IMG/VR virus record: IMGVR_UViG_3300046387_001331
Origin: an uncultured virus (IMG/VR IMGVR_UViG_3300046387_001331)
Lineage: Duplodnaviria > Heunggongvirae > Uroviricota > Caudoviricetes
Length of the DNA stretch: 64,000 nt
Strand: one strand, 5' to 3'
Shown here: one piece after another, positions 31,461-41,541 of the stretch
Position numbering within the stretch: the first letter of the stretch is position 1
Layout: every line of letters starts with the position of its first letter
Notes under the pieces: model-generated
Seen by the model: only the letters and a program-made list of their open reading frames with translations
Told to the model about the DNA's origin: nothing
The model's database searches: none
Program-made: the position numbers and the translations under genes

Positions 31461-32171
31461 GTGCGAACATTAATTATATCTGATATACACAACAAAATAG
31501 ATGTTGTAAAAAAAATACTAGACAAGGAATCAACTGCCGATGAAGTGGTTTTTCTTGGTGATTGGTTTGATGACTATGACGATAACATAAATGATGTAAT
31601 AAATGTTTCAAAATTCTTAAATTCAATATACAAGACCGAAAACTATAATTTTATATGGGGAAATCACGATTTATATTATCCACCTTTTAGAAGTTTTCAT
31701 TTATGCTCTGCTGGATTTAGTGCAGATAAGCAAATGTGCATTGAATCAACGATTGATCCAAAAGTTTGGGAACAATTTAATTTCTGTTACATTACCCAAA
31801 ACTATATGCTTTCTCATGCAGGTGTTACAAGTAAGCATAGTTATCTGTTTGATAAAAGCAACTTTGAGATGGATACATTCAATGAACTTATTTTACAGGC
31901 AGAAAGACATTTGTATACAAAGCAAAGCCATTTTCTATTCCGTGCAGGATTTTCACGTGGTGGAATGTTGCCAGTTGGTGGAATAACTTGGTGTGATTTC
32001 CACAAAGACTTTGAACCGTATGATAATCTTAATCAAATTTTCGGTCATACTATCGTAGAAGAACCGAGTTACGTTCATGGTGAAAATAGTGTAAATCTGT
32101 GTTTGGATACAAATCTTCAGCATTATGCCATCATAAACGATTCTGAACTTGAAATTCATGCAGTCTCTTGA
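31461..32171 (+). CDS. Calcineurin-like metallophosphoesterase
   Basis: ISDIH, LGDWFD, GNHD, SHAG, FGHT motifs. Confidence 0.92.
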   Translation: MRTLIISDIHNKIDVVKKILDKESTADEVVFLGDWFDDYDDNINDVINVSKFLNSIYKTENYNFIWGNHDLYYPPFRSFHLCSAGFSADKQMCIESTIDPKVWEQFNFCYITQNYMLSHAGVTSKHSYLFDKSNFEMDTFNELILQAERHLYTKQSHFLFRAGFSRGGMLPVGGITWCDFHKDFEPYDNLNQIFGHTIVEEPSYVHGENSVNLCLDTNLQHYAIINDSELEIHAVS

Positions 32172-32180
32172 TCTTTTTTC

Positions 32181-32209
32181 TTGACTTTTTATAAGAATTT
32201 TGGTAATAT
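32181..32209 (+). promoter_or_regulatory. Repeated early-type promoter, copy 6
   Basis: TTGACT-17-TAATAT. Confidence 0.85.
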
Positions 32210-32249
32210 TCTTGTATTGAGAGTGAGTTAAGAAAGAGAAAGAGAGAAT

Positions 32250-32912
32250 ATGGCAAAAATATACAAAGACGGTAAGTTCTTCAAATATTACAAAGAGAGT
32301 TGGTTCAATCCTATTGGAATGACTGATGATGGATATTACATTCATGTACCTTCTACCGATAGTGATGAGCACCAAATTGTCAAGGAACATGGACGTTTGA
32401 AAGCATTTCATCCTTCGTCTAAGTGGGCAAGAGAATCCAGTGATATTGAACCTGCCGGATTGTTCGTCACCAAGAATTTCACAGGTCGTTGGTATTATAT
32501 TGATACCGAGATTACCGACAAAGAACTTGCAAACAAACAAAATTGGATGTCTGAGAATATTCGCAGACGTGAAGACGCAAAACTTCGCAAAGAAGAAAAC
32601 ATTAAAAACTGGAAAGCAAAAAGTCAATTTGTTGGTGAGATAGGTCAATCAATAGAAAAAGAACTTATTATTATGTTTCAAAGTAGTTTTCCCACGAATT
32701 GGGGAACAGGACATATCACTACACTCAAAGATTCAGAAAATAATGTATTCGTTATTTGGAGAGAATTTTGGGACAACGAAAATGATGAACCTATGAGCAA
32801 GGGAACGAAGATCAAAGGAACTTTTAAAATCAAAGGTCACAATGAACGCAATGACCAAAAGCAAACAATTCTTCAAAACAAAATTGAAAATTCTGAATTT
32901 ATTTTTGCCTAA
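32250..32912 (+). CDS. Hypothetical protein with probable C-terminal OB-fold
   Basis: SQFVGEIG...LKDSENNVFVIW...IKGH...KQTIL pattern. Confidence 0.6.
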   Translation: MAKIYKDGKFFKYYKESWFNPIGMTDDGYYIHVPSTDSDEHQIVKEHGRLKAFHPSSKWARESSDIEPAGLFVTKNFTGRWYYIDTEITDKELANKQNWMSENIRRREDAKLRKEENIKNWKAKSQFVGEIGQSIEKELIIMFQSSFPTNWGTGHITTLKDSENNVFVIWREFWDNENDEPMSKGTKIKGTFKIKGHNERNDQKQTILQNKIENSEFIFA

Positions 32913-32926
32913 AATGCATTTAGGTG

Positions 32927-32955
32927 TTGACTTTTTATAATATCTGTGGTAGGGT
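32927..32955 (+). promoter_or_regulatory. Repeated early-type promoter, copy 7
   Basis: TTGACT-17-TAGGGT, then gagagtgagaaaagag leader. Confidence 0.8.
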
Positions 32956-33004
32956 ATTTGTATTGAGAGTGAGAAAAGAGAAACTAAAATAAGGAGAGAA
33001 AAAA

Positions 33005-33625
33005 ATGCCATTGTACACACCAATATATTCTAAAGAAGAACCAAGAGGTCATCTTGATATAATTGAAACCAAAGAATCTTATGTAGGACGAGTTTTGGAA
33101 ACCTACGAAGAAAATGGTTATCACGATTCTGATTTTTATGCAGTTGTTTGGGATGACGAAACTGAATCAATTCTTCACAAGCAATACGCAACGACTCGTT
33201 TTTACTCTAATGGTTACGGAGTAAAAATTGATGCAACTCCTGAAGTCATTGCCAAGGCAACTGCTGAACGTAAAGCAAGGTTCTTGGAGTCTGCAATTGA
33301 AGCAGACGAAGAAACTGCAAAAACGGTTGCAAAAGGCAAGATGGTTGAAATCAATCGTGGTCGCAAGAATCGTGGTGTTATCGGTGAAGTATTTTGGGTT
33401 GGAAATCCTGAGAAGTTTTCTTATTATGCAAAAGAGCATCGTTCAGTTGGAATCAAGTTGAACAACGAAAAGGATGACAACGGAAAGTTTAAGAACGTTG
33501 TTTTTGCTTACGACTACAATTGCGATGTTGTTAATTACGAGTCCCACTTGACTGATAAAAAGCACCTTGAAGAAATTGCAACTAACAAAGCAAAATCACA
33601 TTCCTATTCTTATCCAACCAATTAA
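33005..33625 (+). CDS. Hypothetical early protein with KOW/SH3-like segment
   Basis: RBS AAGGAG; KGKMVEINRGRK...GEVFWVG. Confidence 0.7.
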   Translation: MPLYTPIYSKEEPRGHLDIIETKESYVGRVLETYEENGYHDSDFYAVVWDDETESILHKQYATTRFYSNGYGVKIDATPEVIAKATAERKARFLESAIEADEETAKTVAKGKMVEINRGRKNRGVIGEVFWVGNPEKFSYYAKEHRSVGIKLNNEKDDNGKFKNVVFAYDYNCDVVNYESHLTDKKHLEEIATNKAKSHSYSYPTN

Positions 33626-33635
33626 TAAATTTGTT

Positions 33636-33917
33636 ATGAAAAAAAATAATCCAAAAGATATTCCTTATGTTCTCGTTCAACACAACGACTCGGGCAAGTC
33701 ATTTGCCCTGAGTCGTGGTTATCGTTTAATGAGTGCAGATGTTCCCACACCTGTAAAGTTGTGGATGATCAATAATCAAGTTCAAAAAGATGCAGGATGG
33801 TTTCCTACTTTTGCTGATCAAAGTCCAAAATGGGCAAGAGAATTTCTTGCGGAAGACTTTACTGCTTATTGGATTGATTACGACAAGCATTTTGAAGAAC
33901 TTGTAGCAAGCAAATGA
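33636..33917 (+). CDS. Hypothetical protein
   Basis: In-frame ATG after the previous stop. Confidence 0.6.
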   Translation: MKKNNPKDIPYVLVQHNDSGKSFALSRGYRLMSADVPTPVKLWMINNQVQKDAGWFPTFADQSPKWAREFLAEDFTAYWIDYDKHFEELVASK

Positions 33918-34243
33918 ATACATTATTACGTTACGAAACACACAACGATTCGGACATTGATGTTAATGGAACATCATATCAAGGAGTTATCACAGAAACT
34001 TTTGAAAATTTATTGAAGGTTTTTGGAACTCCTATGGGTGCTTCAGATGATGGTAAAGTTGATGTAGAATGGAATATTATGTTTAATGATGGAGTTGTTG
34101 CAACCATTTACAATTGGAAAAACGGACCTGCAAGCATGGGATCAAATGGAACTAATCCTGTAAATATAAAAACATGGCATATTGGTGGAAAAACCATAAG
34201 TGCAATGATTGATGTAGAAGAAATTCTTAAAAATAATGCTTGA
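33914..34243 (+). CDS. Conserved-looking phage hypothetical protein
   Basis: GTSYQG...FGTP...DGKVDVEW...ATIYNWK...WHIGG; stop is the TGA of the next -35 box. Confidence 0.75.
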   Translation: MNTLLRYETHNDSDIDVNGTSYQGVITETFENLLKVFGTPMGASDDGKVDVEWNIMFNDGVVATIYNWKNGPASMGSNGTNPVNIKTWHIGGKTISAMIDVEEILKNNA

Positions 34244-34268
34244 CTTTTTATAATAACTTTGGTAGTAT
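34240..34268 (+). promoter_or_regulatory. Repeated early-type promoter, copy 8
   Basis: TTGACT-17-TAGTAT. Confidence 0.85.
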
Positions 34269-34311
34269 ACTTGTATTGAGAATGATTATGAACACTAAAG
34301 AAAGTAGAGAA

Positions 34312-37176
34312 ATGAAAATAACACTATTAACAATCGTTGCATTGTTTCTTCCGTTGATCGGTTTTGCAGTTGATACCGATGGAGACGGAATGACTGATGT
34401 AGCAGAACTCAAATATGGATTTGATCCAAATGATGCAGATAGTTTCCCACAATCGTTTTATGTGGGTGATGTGTCAGAGAGATCACAAAGTTTAGATGGA
34501 AAACTAGGAACTGAAGATGACATTGCTTATTATAGTTTCAGAAGTTACGAAGACGAAAGTACAATTGAAAAATGCAAGGACTTTATCAATAAAGTTCTTC
34601 CGATTATGTATTATCGGTTGGGTCATCCTGCAAATACTATGACGATAGAATTTTGGAAAAGATACCCAACAAATTCAGGATGGATGACATTAATAAGTTC
34701 TAATCCAAAGATTTTGTCAGATGGTAGTTTTGATCCTAGATTGATCGTACATGAAATGTTTCATGCTTGGACTGGAAAGCACAATACTACTGCCCGAACT
34801 ATCAATAACAAACTTGGTAGATACGATCCTATATTTACTGGATGGGAAGAAGTTGCAGAAGGAGTCTGTCAGGAAATTATAATAGATTTTACAGAGGCAT
34901 ATCCAACAGATTCTGCAAATGGACCAATCAGAAATATGGGATTTTGGGTTACTGCATATAAGAAAGATTTACAAAAACATTTAGAGTGGACTCATGGTGG
35001 TGCATTTCATGTTGATGGACTAACTTCAAATGATAGATACACCATATCAGCAGGTGTTGCTCAGAAATTTATGATTGCCGATGAGCAATTTTACAAAAAG
35101 TTTTTTGAAAAATATTATGCAGAAATTCATGCTGATTCGAATTACAGAGTTACATCAGAAAAAATGATCAATCTGTATTCGTCAGTTCTTCCGCAAGTAA
35201 ATGATGTTTCTACCGAAAAGATTTTAAGTATTATTCCATCACTTAGAGGAACAAAGTTACCTAACAAGTTTCAGAGTGTTGTAAGAGAAAACCGTAGATT
35301 TAATTCAAGTCTTCAAGTATTCTGCGGATTTGCTGATTCAAAAAAAGGTGAATTATGGTGGTCATCTAGTATTAAAAGTAACGCAGAAAAAGCAAGTCAC
35401 GGAATTCCTTCTTGGTTTCCAACATTTCATGCAAGTGATGGATACTTTTACACCGACACTCGTAATGAAGAGTATGTTTTAAACATCAAGAAGTTGAATG
35501 GTGAGTTGGTAACAGAGATTAAAGGAGAAGTAAGTGCCGGTACTAGGAACGATGGAGGACCAATGAATGTAGCACATGATTCACCTTCTGCTTCATACGC
35601 ATCAAATTTTGATCTTGGTTTATACAAAGCAAATGTTGCTTTTCCACGATTCAAGAATTTCACCGAAGATTACATTTCAGAAGATGTTTACTACTTTGGG
35701 TTGAAAGGAACAAACACTCGTTCAAAAAATCGTAGAGCATATATTGGAATAGATACAAATGCTTCTGTTTCCGAAATTAAATTGAAAATTGGTGATGAAG
35801 TATTTCTTCCAAACAGAGTTGGTGATAATGTGGTTGAAATTTACATGGATTCTATTCCTTGGAATTTTCGTGGAGAAGCAGAAATCATTATAACTTCCGA
35901 AGAAAATGTATCACATACATTCAAAAAAACACTTTCTTATTTAACATCACCCGATAAACCAAAAATCGGTATTGTGAAATGGTTGATCGTGGATGTTAAC
36001 TTTGATGGAGTTGAAGATATGTATGGAAGTGCTTCTGATAACGAAGAAGTTATCGTAGATGATACCACTACACCAGTTGTAGACAATAATGATACTGAGG
36101 TTGTTGTAGATGCTCCTAAAGAAGATGATACCACAACTCCAATTGTAGACAATAATGATACTGAGGTTGTTGTAGATGCTCCTAAAGAAGATGATACCAC
36201 AACTCCTATTGTAGACAATAATGATACTGAGGTTGTTGTAGATGCTCCCAAAGAAGATGATACTGAGGTTGTCGTAGATACTCCTAAAGAAGTTGTTGCA
36301 GAAGATTCATTGAACTTCAAAGTAACTCACAAAGACGGAGTTATTAAGTTCACTTGGAATGCTGACTTTGAAAGTCACATTGCTGACGAAAGATTTCTAC
36401 ACGTATGGTGGTCAAAACTAGGACCTTTACAAGGAACTCTTATTTATGGTGGTCATGCACATAATTCTGCTGAGTTTGAACTTGCAAAATATAACTTCAA
36501 CGGAACTGAGACAATCGGAATTGATGTTTTGGATTACTTCAATAACCATTATGTTAGAAAAGGTTTGAAACCATTTGAAGTTAACTTGGCAGATGTAATT
36601 GCAAATTCAACTGAACAAGAAGTTGTGGAGAATGATACAACTCCAAATGTAGACAATAATGATACTGAGGTTATTGTAGATACTCCCAAAGAAGATGATA
36701 CAACTCCAATTGTAGACAATAATGATACTGAGGTTGTTGTAGATGCTCCTAAAGAAGATGATACCACAACTCCAATTGTAGACAATAATGATACTGAGGT
36801 TGTTGTAGATGCTCCTAAAGAAGATGATACCACTAACGAAGTGGTTCGTAAAGCACCCGAGTTACCACCTGTTGTTACAAATGCGTGGGATTCTGCAACT
36901 GATGTGGGTAACAATTGGTTCTTCGTAGAGTGGTTCGGATACTTCTACAAAGTAGAAGGTAATGGTTGGGTGTTCAACGAAAAACTCGGATGGTTTTACA
37001 CCGAGTGGACATCATCATTCAATTCAGTTTGGTTGTTCCATGAAGATTTAGGTTGGGTTTGGACTACAAGTGAGTTCTTTCCATACCTTTACAATCCAAA
37101 GACTGCATCTTGGGTATACATAGTAGAAGGTGGGTTCTTTGACTTCAATACCAATGAATGGAAAGTTTCGGAATAA
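34312..37176 (+). CDS. Secreted zincin-like (HExxH) protein with acidic repeats and Trp-rich C-terminal domain
   Basis: Signal peptide MKITLLTIVALFLPLIGFA; DTDGDGMTD Ca-binding motif; IVHEMFHAW...WEEVAEG; C-terminal WFGYFY...LGWFY...LGWVW...FPYLY. Confidence 0.75.
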   Translation: MKITLLTIVALFLPLIGFAVDTDGDGMTDVAELKYGFDPNDADSFPQSFYVGDVSERSQSLDGKLGTEDDIAYYSFRSYEDESTIEKCKDFINKVLPIMYYRLGHPANTMTIEFWKRYPTNSGWMTLISSNPKILSDGSFDPRLIVHEMFHAWTGKHNTTARTINNKLGRYDPIFTGWEEVAEGVCQEIIIDFTEAYPTDSANGPIRNMGFWVTAYKKDLQKHLEWTHGGAFHVDGLTSNDRYTISAGVAQKFMIADEQFYKKFFEKYYAEIHADSNYRVTSEKMINLYSSVLPQVNDVSTEKILSIIPSLRGTKLPNKFQSVVRENRRFNSSLQVFCGFADSKKGELWWSSSIKSNAEKASHGIPSWFPTFHASDGYFYTDTRNEEYVLNIKKLNGELVTEIKGEVSAGTRNDGGPMNVAHDSPSASYASNFDLGLYKANVAFPRFKNFTEDYISEDVYYFGLKGTNTRSKNRRAYIGIDTNASVSEIKLKIGDEVFLPNRVGDNVVEIYMDSIPWNFRGEAEIIITSEENVSHTFKKTLSYLTSPDKPKIGIVKWLIVDVNFDGVEDMYGSASDNEEVIVDDTTTPVVDNNDTEVVVDAPKEDDTTTPIVDNNDTEVVVDAPKEDDTTTPIVDNNDTEVVVDAPKEDDTEVVVDTPKEVVAEDSLNFKVTHKDGVIKFTWNADFESHIADERFLHVWWSKLGPLQGTLIYGGHAHNSAEFELAKYNFNGTETIGIDVLDYFNNHYVRKGLKPFEVNLADVIANSTEQEVVENDTTPNVDNNDTEVIVDTPKEDDTTPIVDNNDTEVVVDAPKEDDTTTPIVDNNDTEVVVDAPKEDDTTNEVVRKAPELPPVVTNAWDSATDVGNNWFFVEWFGYFYKVEGNGWVFNEKLGWFYTEWTSSFNSVWLFHEDLGWVWTTSEFFPYLYNPKTASWVYIVEGGFFDFNTNEWKVSE
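36061..36290 (+). repeat. 66-bp coding tandem repeat (DTTTPIVDNNDTEVVVDAPKED), block 1
   Basis: About three near-identical units plus a partial unit. Confidence 0.9.
36634..36834 (+). repeat. 66-bp coding tandem repeat, block 2
   Basis: Three units matching block 1. Confidence 0.9.
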
Positions 37177-37206
37177 TAATAATTACAAATATAGAGAAAT
37201 ATAAAA

Positions 37207-37782
37207 ATGACAAAGAATAAAAGAGAGTTAGAAATTGGGGACAATATAAAAGAAATCAAACCAAGAAGAGGATCTAAGAAACGATTTGGTGAGATACTTC
37301 TAATATTAGATGATAATAAAAGTGATCCTACGGTAGAATGTGCCGAAATTGATCCAAAAGAACTCACACTAATTGAAGATGCGTTTGGTAATTTAAAGAA
37401 GTTTAAAACTAAACGAAGCAACATAAAACATTATGTCCCACGGAAAACATTATTCAGAAAAGAAACATTTGATGTAGGAAAGTGCGTTGCTTGTAAAAGT
37501 GGCAATCGTACAAGATACGGAAGAATCATGGGTTACTTAAATCAAGAAGAAGGATTATACCCCAACTCTTACAACGAAGGAAAATACAATGGACACGATT
37601 TGTTGCAATGTGTTCAAATAGATCCAAAACCTGGATTGCATAGAATGCTTGAATCCGATGGTAGTCCGAAAATATTTGTAGGTTATCCTGACAAGTGTAA
37701 ACTTGTACAGATTATTGACATTGATTCAAACGGAAATCCCAACCTAAAACTGCGTTTAGACATTCCTACCGAGGAAAACTGA
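37207..37782 (+). CDS. Hypothetical protein, two SH3-like halves
   Basis: EIGD...RFGEI...VECAEIDPK and DVGK...RYGRI...LQCVQIDPK internal duplication. Confidence 0.7.
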   Translation: MTKNKRELEIGDNIKEIKPRRGSKKRFGEILLILDDNKSDPTVECAEIDPKELTLIEDAFGNLKKFKTKRSNIKHYVPRKTLFRKETFDVGKCVACKSGNRTRYGRIMGYLNQEEGLYPNSYNEGKYNGHDLLQCVQIDPKPGLHRMLESDGSPKIFVGYPDKCKLVQIIDIDSNGNPNLKLRLDIPTEEN

Positions 37783-37838
37783 GTTTTTATAGCAATTTTT
37801 TGTTTGAATATATTTCAAACAAATATATATTTATTGTT

Positions 37839-39038
37839 ATGGAAAATTCTAAACCTATTGTTGAAGGTGGTGCTATACCAAAACCTGATAAAATGAAAAT
37901 TATCAAGGTTATGCGTAGCAAATCATTTATGAATTATCGGAAAGACCTTGAAAAACAAGGAATCAAAGTTGATTTTGCAACCAGTCCTTTTGCTTATTAC
38001 AAACTCACACATCGTAAATGGGGTAAAAATTCCGATGGAAAAGAACGTGCGATTTACATCACTAGCAAACAAAATGTAGGTGATGATGCAGAGTATGTTA
38101 GTAATGACAATATAGCAATGGGTGAACTCAACGAAAATTCACAAGAAAGTATGTTTAATAAAATGAAAACAAAAGCAGAAATTAAAGAGTTAGTAAAAGA
38201 AGTTGTTACAGAAATTATGGCAAAAAATCATAATTTCAAAGTTGGTGACGAAGTAAAATTTAATGGTGACCACGATGGTGTGGTTGTAAAAGTACATACA
38301 AGTGGTAAACTCAAAGGTCACATTGATGTACAGAAAAAAGGTCGTACTTCAACAGTAACACTTCATGGTGGCAACAAACGTGAAGTTCGTCTTGCAGAAT
38401 CTATTAACGAATCTCCGACACCGACAATCAATCCTAATGCTTTATCACCAACTGAACAACAACTTGCAGTAGGTTTAATCAATGCACTTGGTCATGGATC
38501 ACATCCTATGGCAGATGTAAAAGGACTTAAATACTTTAAAGTTGATTATCTTGCGGACATCGTTTCAAAGAACAAAAGCAGACTAAGAGGTGATGTTAAA
38601 AAGCACGTTGCTAAAATACTAAAGAAACTTTCAGGTGCAATGGCAGAAGCAGAAATTGATGAAGGATCAAAGTGGTTAAAGTATAGTGATTTGCTTTTAG
38701 CAAAAAGTCGTGCAGTTGAAAAGTTTGGACCCGAATCCAAGGAAGTTCAAAAAATTGATAAAGAAATCAAAAAAGAAATGGATAAACTTGGAATACACGA
38801 ATCGTTGATAAACGAATCAAAAGATGTTGCTTTCGTTTTAGACCAACTCGCAAATGCAGTTGATTTGTATCCAAAAGATGAATTTGCTCAACACATGGCA
38901 AGTCAAACAAAGTTTGATGAAAAAACTTTTGAAAAATTATACGATGCATATTTCAAAATGAAAGCAATGGATCGTTTTCATATGTCAACTGACATCAACA
39001 AATCCAAAAAGTTTCTTAGAAAGTTCGGAATAAAGTAA
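37839..39038 (+). CDS. Putative head-packaged (internal) polyprotein
   Basis: KAEIKELVKEVV motif; LNE, INE, IDE, IHE sites between segments; ATATTTA motif upstream. Confidence 0.6.
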   Translation: MENSKPIVEGGAIPKPDKMKIIKVMRSKSFMNYRKDLEKQGIKVDFATSPFAYYKLTHRKWGKNSDGKERAIYITSKQNVGDDAEYVSNDNIAMGELNENSQESMFNKMKTKAEIKELVKEVVTEIMAKNHNFKVGDEVKFNGDHDGVVVKVHTSGKLKGHIDVQKKGRTSTVTLHGGNKREVRLAESINESPTPTINPNALSPTEQQLAVGLINALGHGSHPMADVKGLKYFKVDYLADIVSKNKSRLRGDVKKHVAKILKKLSGAMAEAEIDEGSKWLKYSDLLLAKSRAVEKFGPESKEVQKIDKEIKKEMDKLGIHESLINESKDVAFVLDQLANAVDLYPKDEFAQHMASQTKFDEKTFEKLYDAYFKMKAMDRFHMSTDINKSKKFLRKFGIK

Positions 39039-39039
39039 A

Positions 39040-39402
39040 ATGAAAATCACAAAAGAAAAACTTAAGGAAATGATTCAAGTAGAACTTGAACACATCAACG
39101 AAGGAATGAGCAAACGAGAAGGTGCAGAGGTTATCAAGCAACTCGGAGGTGGTCGTTTCATCGCAATGACAGGTGCCAAAGACTTCTTTATTGGACCAAA
39201 AGGTGTTGTATTTAAAATCGGAAGAAATTCAAAAGGTGTGAATTATGTTCGCATCAATTTGAATAGTATGGACACTTACGATGTTGAGTATCTTTCAGTT
39301 AGAGCATATAAAGAAAAAGTAAAAAGCACATCAAAAGGAATTTATGCGGATATGCTTCGTGATTCATTTGAAGCAAACACAGGACTCAGAACATCATTAT
39401 GA
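39040..39402 (+). CDS. Putative internal head protein
   Basis: MKITKEKLKEMIQVEL...INE leader plus LGGGRFIAMTGAK cargo domain. Confidence 0.65.
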   Translation: MKITKEKLKEMIQVELEHINEGMSKREGAEVIKQLGGGRFIAMTGAKDFFIGPKGVVFKIGRNSKGVNYVRINLNSMDTYDVEYLSVRAYKEKVKSTSKGIYADMLRDSFEANTGLRTSL

Positions 39403-39905
39403 AAATTTCAAAAGAACAACTAAAACAAATCGTTCGTGAAGAACTTAAAAATTTATCAGAAAAAGAAGTATCTTTGTCGGGTAAAGAAGTTGCTAACCGA
39501 ATTAAAAACTCTAAAGACAAAAATCATAAAATGTTTTTCGGCAAAAAGGCATTAGAAGCAATTGCAAAGAAAAGCAAACTTACTGCAAAAGAACTTGATC
39601 ATATGTTACCTGATTATATTCCGGGTAACTTAATACACGGATTGTTCACAGAAGCAGAAGTAAATGAAATGCGTCCACACGTTTCCAAAGATTTGCCGGG
39701 TGAAACAATTTGGCAACATATTTCAGATCATTACGATTGGGAAGATTATCTTGGTAAAGGTGGAATGAGGGAACTTGAAAAATCATTAAAGAAAATGAAA
39801 CGAGTAAAACCTCAACAACTTGATCAAATGCTTCCTGGATATATTCCTGCTGACGAAATATACGACATTTTTAGAAACTCACTTGCGATAGGACCAACCG
39901 AATGA
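39399..39905 (+). CDS. Putative internal head protein with duplicated domain
   Basis: MKISKEQLKQIVREEL leader; LDHMLPDYIP and LDQMLPGYIP repeats separated by VNE. Confidence 0.65.
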   Translation: MKISKEQLKQIVREELKNLSEKEVSLSGKEVANRIKNSKDKNHKMFFGKKALEAIAKKSKLTAKELDHMLPDYIPGNLIHGLFTEAEVNEMRPHVSKDLPGETIWQHISDHYDWEDYLGKGGMRELEKSLKKMKRVKPQQLDQMLPGYIPADEIYDIFRNSLAIGPTE

Positions 39906-40468
39906 AAATTTCAAAAGACAAACTTAAAGAAATAGTTCGTGAAGAACTTGCTTCTATCACAGAAAACAAAAACAAGTTTTTTATTGTTGATCCAACCGGT
40001 ATGCGTGGAGAACCTGCTTATTACAGAAGAAAAAGTACAAACGATGATTCAGCATTTGAGTTTTCCACATTATTCGGAGCAACTGGATTTGATGACAAAG
40101 GAAGTGCAAACACTACAATGAGACGGATCAAAAGTTCTTCATCAAAATATCGCAGAGCAACATTAAAGGTATTGCGTGGTGATGAACTTCACGAAGAAGT
40201 AAATGAAAATCGTGCATTGGACAATGCTATTGCTAATCGTGATGCCAATCGTGCAAATCGCAAAGGAATTGAACAATACCAAGATTTGTATTTTGGTTTA
40301 CAAAAACTAATAAGTAAAGTATCCAAAAACAATAAAGTAAAAGGATACGGTGGTGAATTAACTCACGCATTCGTTGATTTACTTTGGGCAGTTGAAGATG
40401 ATCGTCTTGCAGTTGGTGAAATATTTAATGCACTTAAAAAAGTAAGAAGTAAGATTTCCGAAAAGTGA
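39902..40468 (+). CDS. Putative internal head protein
   Basis: MKISKDKLKEIVREEL...ITE leader; LHEEVNE internal site. Confidence 0.65.
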   Translation: MKISKDKLKEIVREELASITENKNKFFIVDPTGMRGEPAYYRRKSTNDDSAFEFSTLFGATGFDDKGSANTTMRRIKSSSSKYRRATLKVLRGDELHEEVNENRALDNAIANRDANRANRKGIEQYQDLYFGLQKLISKVSKNNKVKGYGGELTHAFVDLLWAVEDDRLAVGEIFNALKKVRSKISEK

Positions 40469-41499
40469 AAATAACCAAACAAAAACTCAAAGAAATTGTT
40501 CGTGAAGAACTTGCTCAATTACAAGAAGGTAAGTTTTACGTAAAATCATTTAGTAATAGTTACGATGAAATGTATCTTGGAAACGATGGAAAGTTCACAG
40601 ACTTTCAAAATAGTAAAACATTCAGCAAAGCAAGTGATGCTCAAAAAGTAGCAAAAAAGCACAAATCAAAAGGTGCGATTGCAGTTGTTGATTTCTCTGG
40701 TAAATCTGTAAAGTTTGCGGAAAATATAAACGAAGCAAAGATTTCTCCTGCTGACAAAAAGCAATTTCAATCAGATGCTCAAGAAATTCTTGATAATTTC
40801 ATAAAAGCAAAGTTGGTTACCAAAGATACAGAATTTCACGTAGTCAAAAATAGTCTACGTCATGTTTTTAGTGCGATAGCAAATGGTGAGGGTAATGCAA
40901 ACTATAATAAAGTTAAAAAGTATATGCCAAAAAAACTTAACAATGATTTGTACGACAACGGAGAAAAAAATTCATATGATAGTGTTTGGTTTTCTATGAA
41001 TGATGCTCAACGTGAAACCATTTTTTTGAAAGCAATTCGTGCAAAAAAATTAAATTTGTCGGAAGATGCAATCAATGAAGATCAATACGGAGATGTTTCT
41101 TTTTCTCGTAGAAAACTTAAACTTGCGTGTGAAGACTCTGAAAGCATTCTTCAGTTGTTGGCAAATAAAGCAGAAGATGATGAACTTCCAAATTGGTGGA
41201 AAGACAAAGTAAGCAAAGCAGCCGATTATCTTAATATTGCACGTGATTATCTCGCAACGGATTCTCATACAGATGCAATCCACGAAGATACTGAAAAAGA
41301 ATTTCCAATTTGGGGAATTCCACCCGGAAAAAACTCAGAAGAATTATTATACACAAAAGCAACTTCTCATTCACAAGCAAAAAAGATTGCGAAAGTTCTT
41401 ACTGATAAGCACGGATGCAAAAAAGTGAGAATACAAACATTAGATTTGGCACAAAATCCTGCGGACATATTTAAGTCTGATAAAATATTCAATAAATAA
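40465..41499 (+). CDS. Putative internal head polyprotein
   Basis: GTG start; KITKQKLKEIVREEL...LQE leader; INE, INE, IHE sites separate four segments. Confidence 0.65.
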   Translation: MKITKQKLKEIVREELAQLQEGKFYVKSFSNSYDEMYLGNDGKFTDFQNSKTFSKASDAQKVAKKHKSKGAIAVVDFSGKSVKFAENINEAKISPADKKQFQSDAQEILDNFIKAKLVTKDTEFHVVKNSLRHVFSAIANGEGNANYNKVKKYMPKKLNNDLYDNGEKNSYDSVWFSMNDAQRETIFLKAIRAKKLNLSEDAINEDQYGDVSFSRRKLKLACEDSESILQLLANKAEDDELPNWWKDKVSKAADYLNIARDYLATDSHTDAIHEDTEKEFPIWGIPPGKNSEELLYTKATSHSQAKKIAKVLTDKHGCKKVRIQTLDLAQNPADIFKSDKIFNK

Positions 41500-41503
41500 T
41501 GTC

Positions 41504-41532
41504 TTGACTTTTTATAATAACTTTGATAGATT
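41504..41532 (+). promoter_or_regulatory. Repeated early-type promoter, copy 9
   Basis: TTGACT-17-TAGATT. Confidence 0.8.
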
Positions 41533-41541
41533 ATATAAAGA

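Noticed and set aside
35937..36914. Minus-strand Ser/Thr-rich ORFs
   Set aside because: Antisense of the 66-bp coding repeats.
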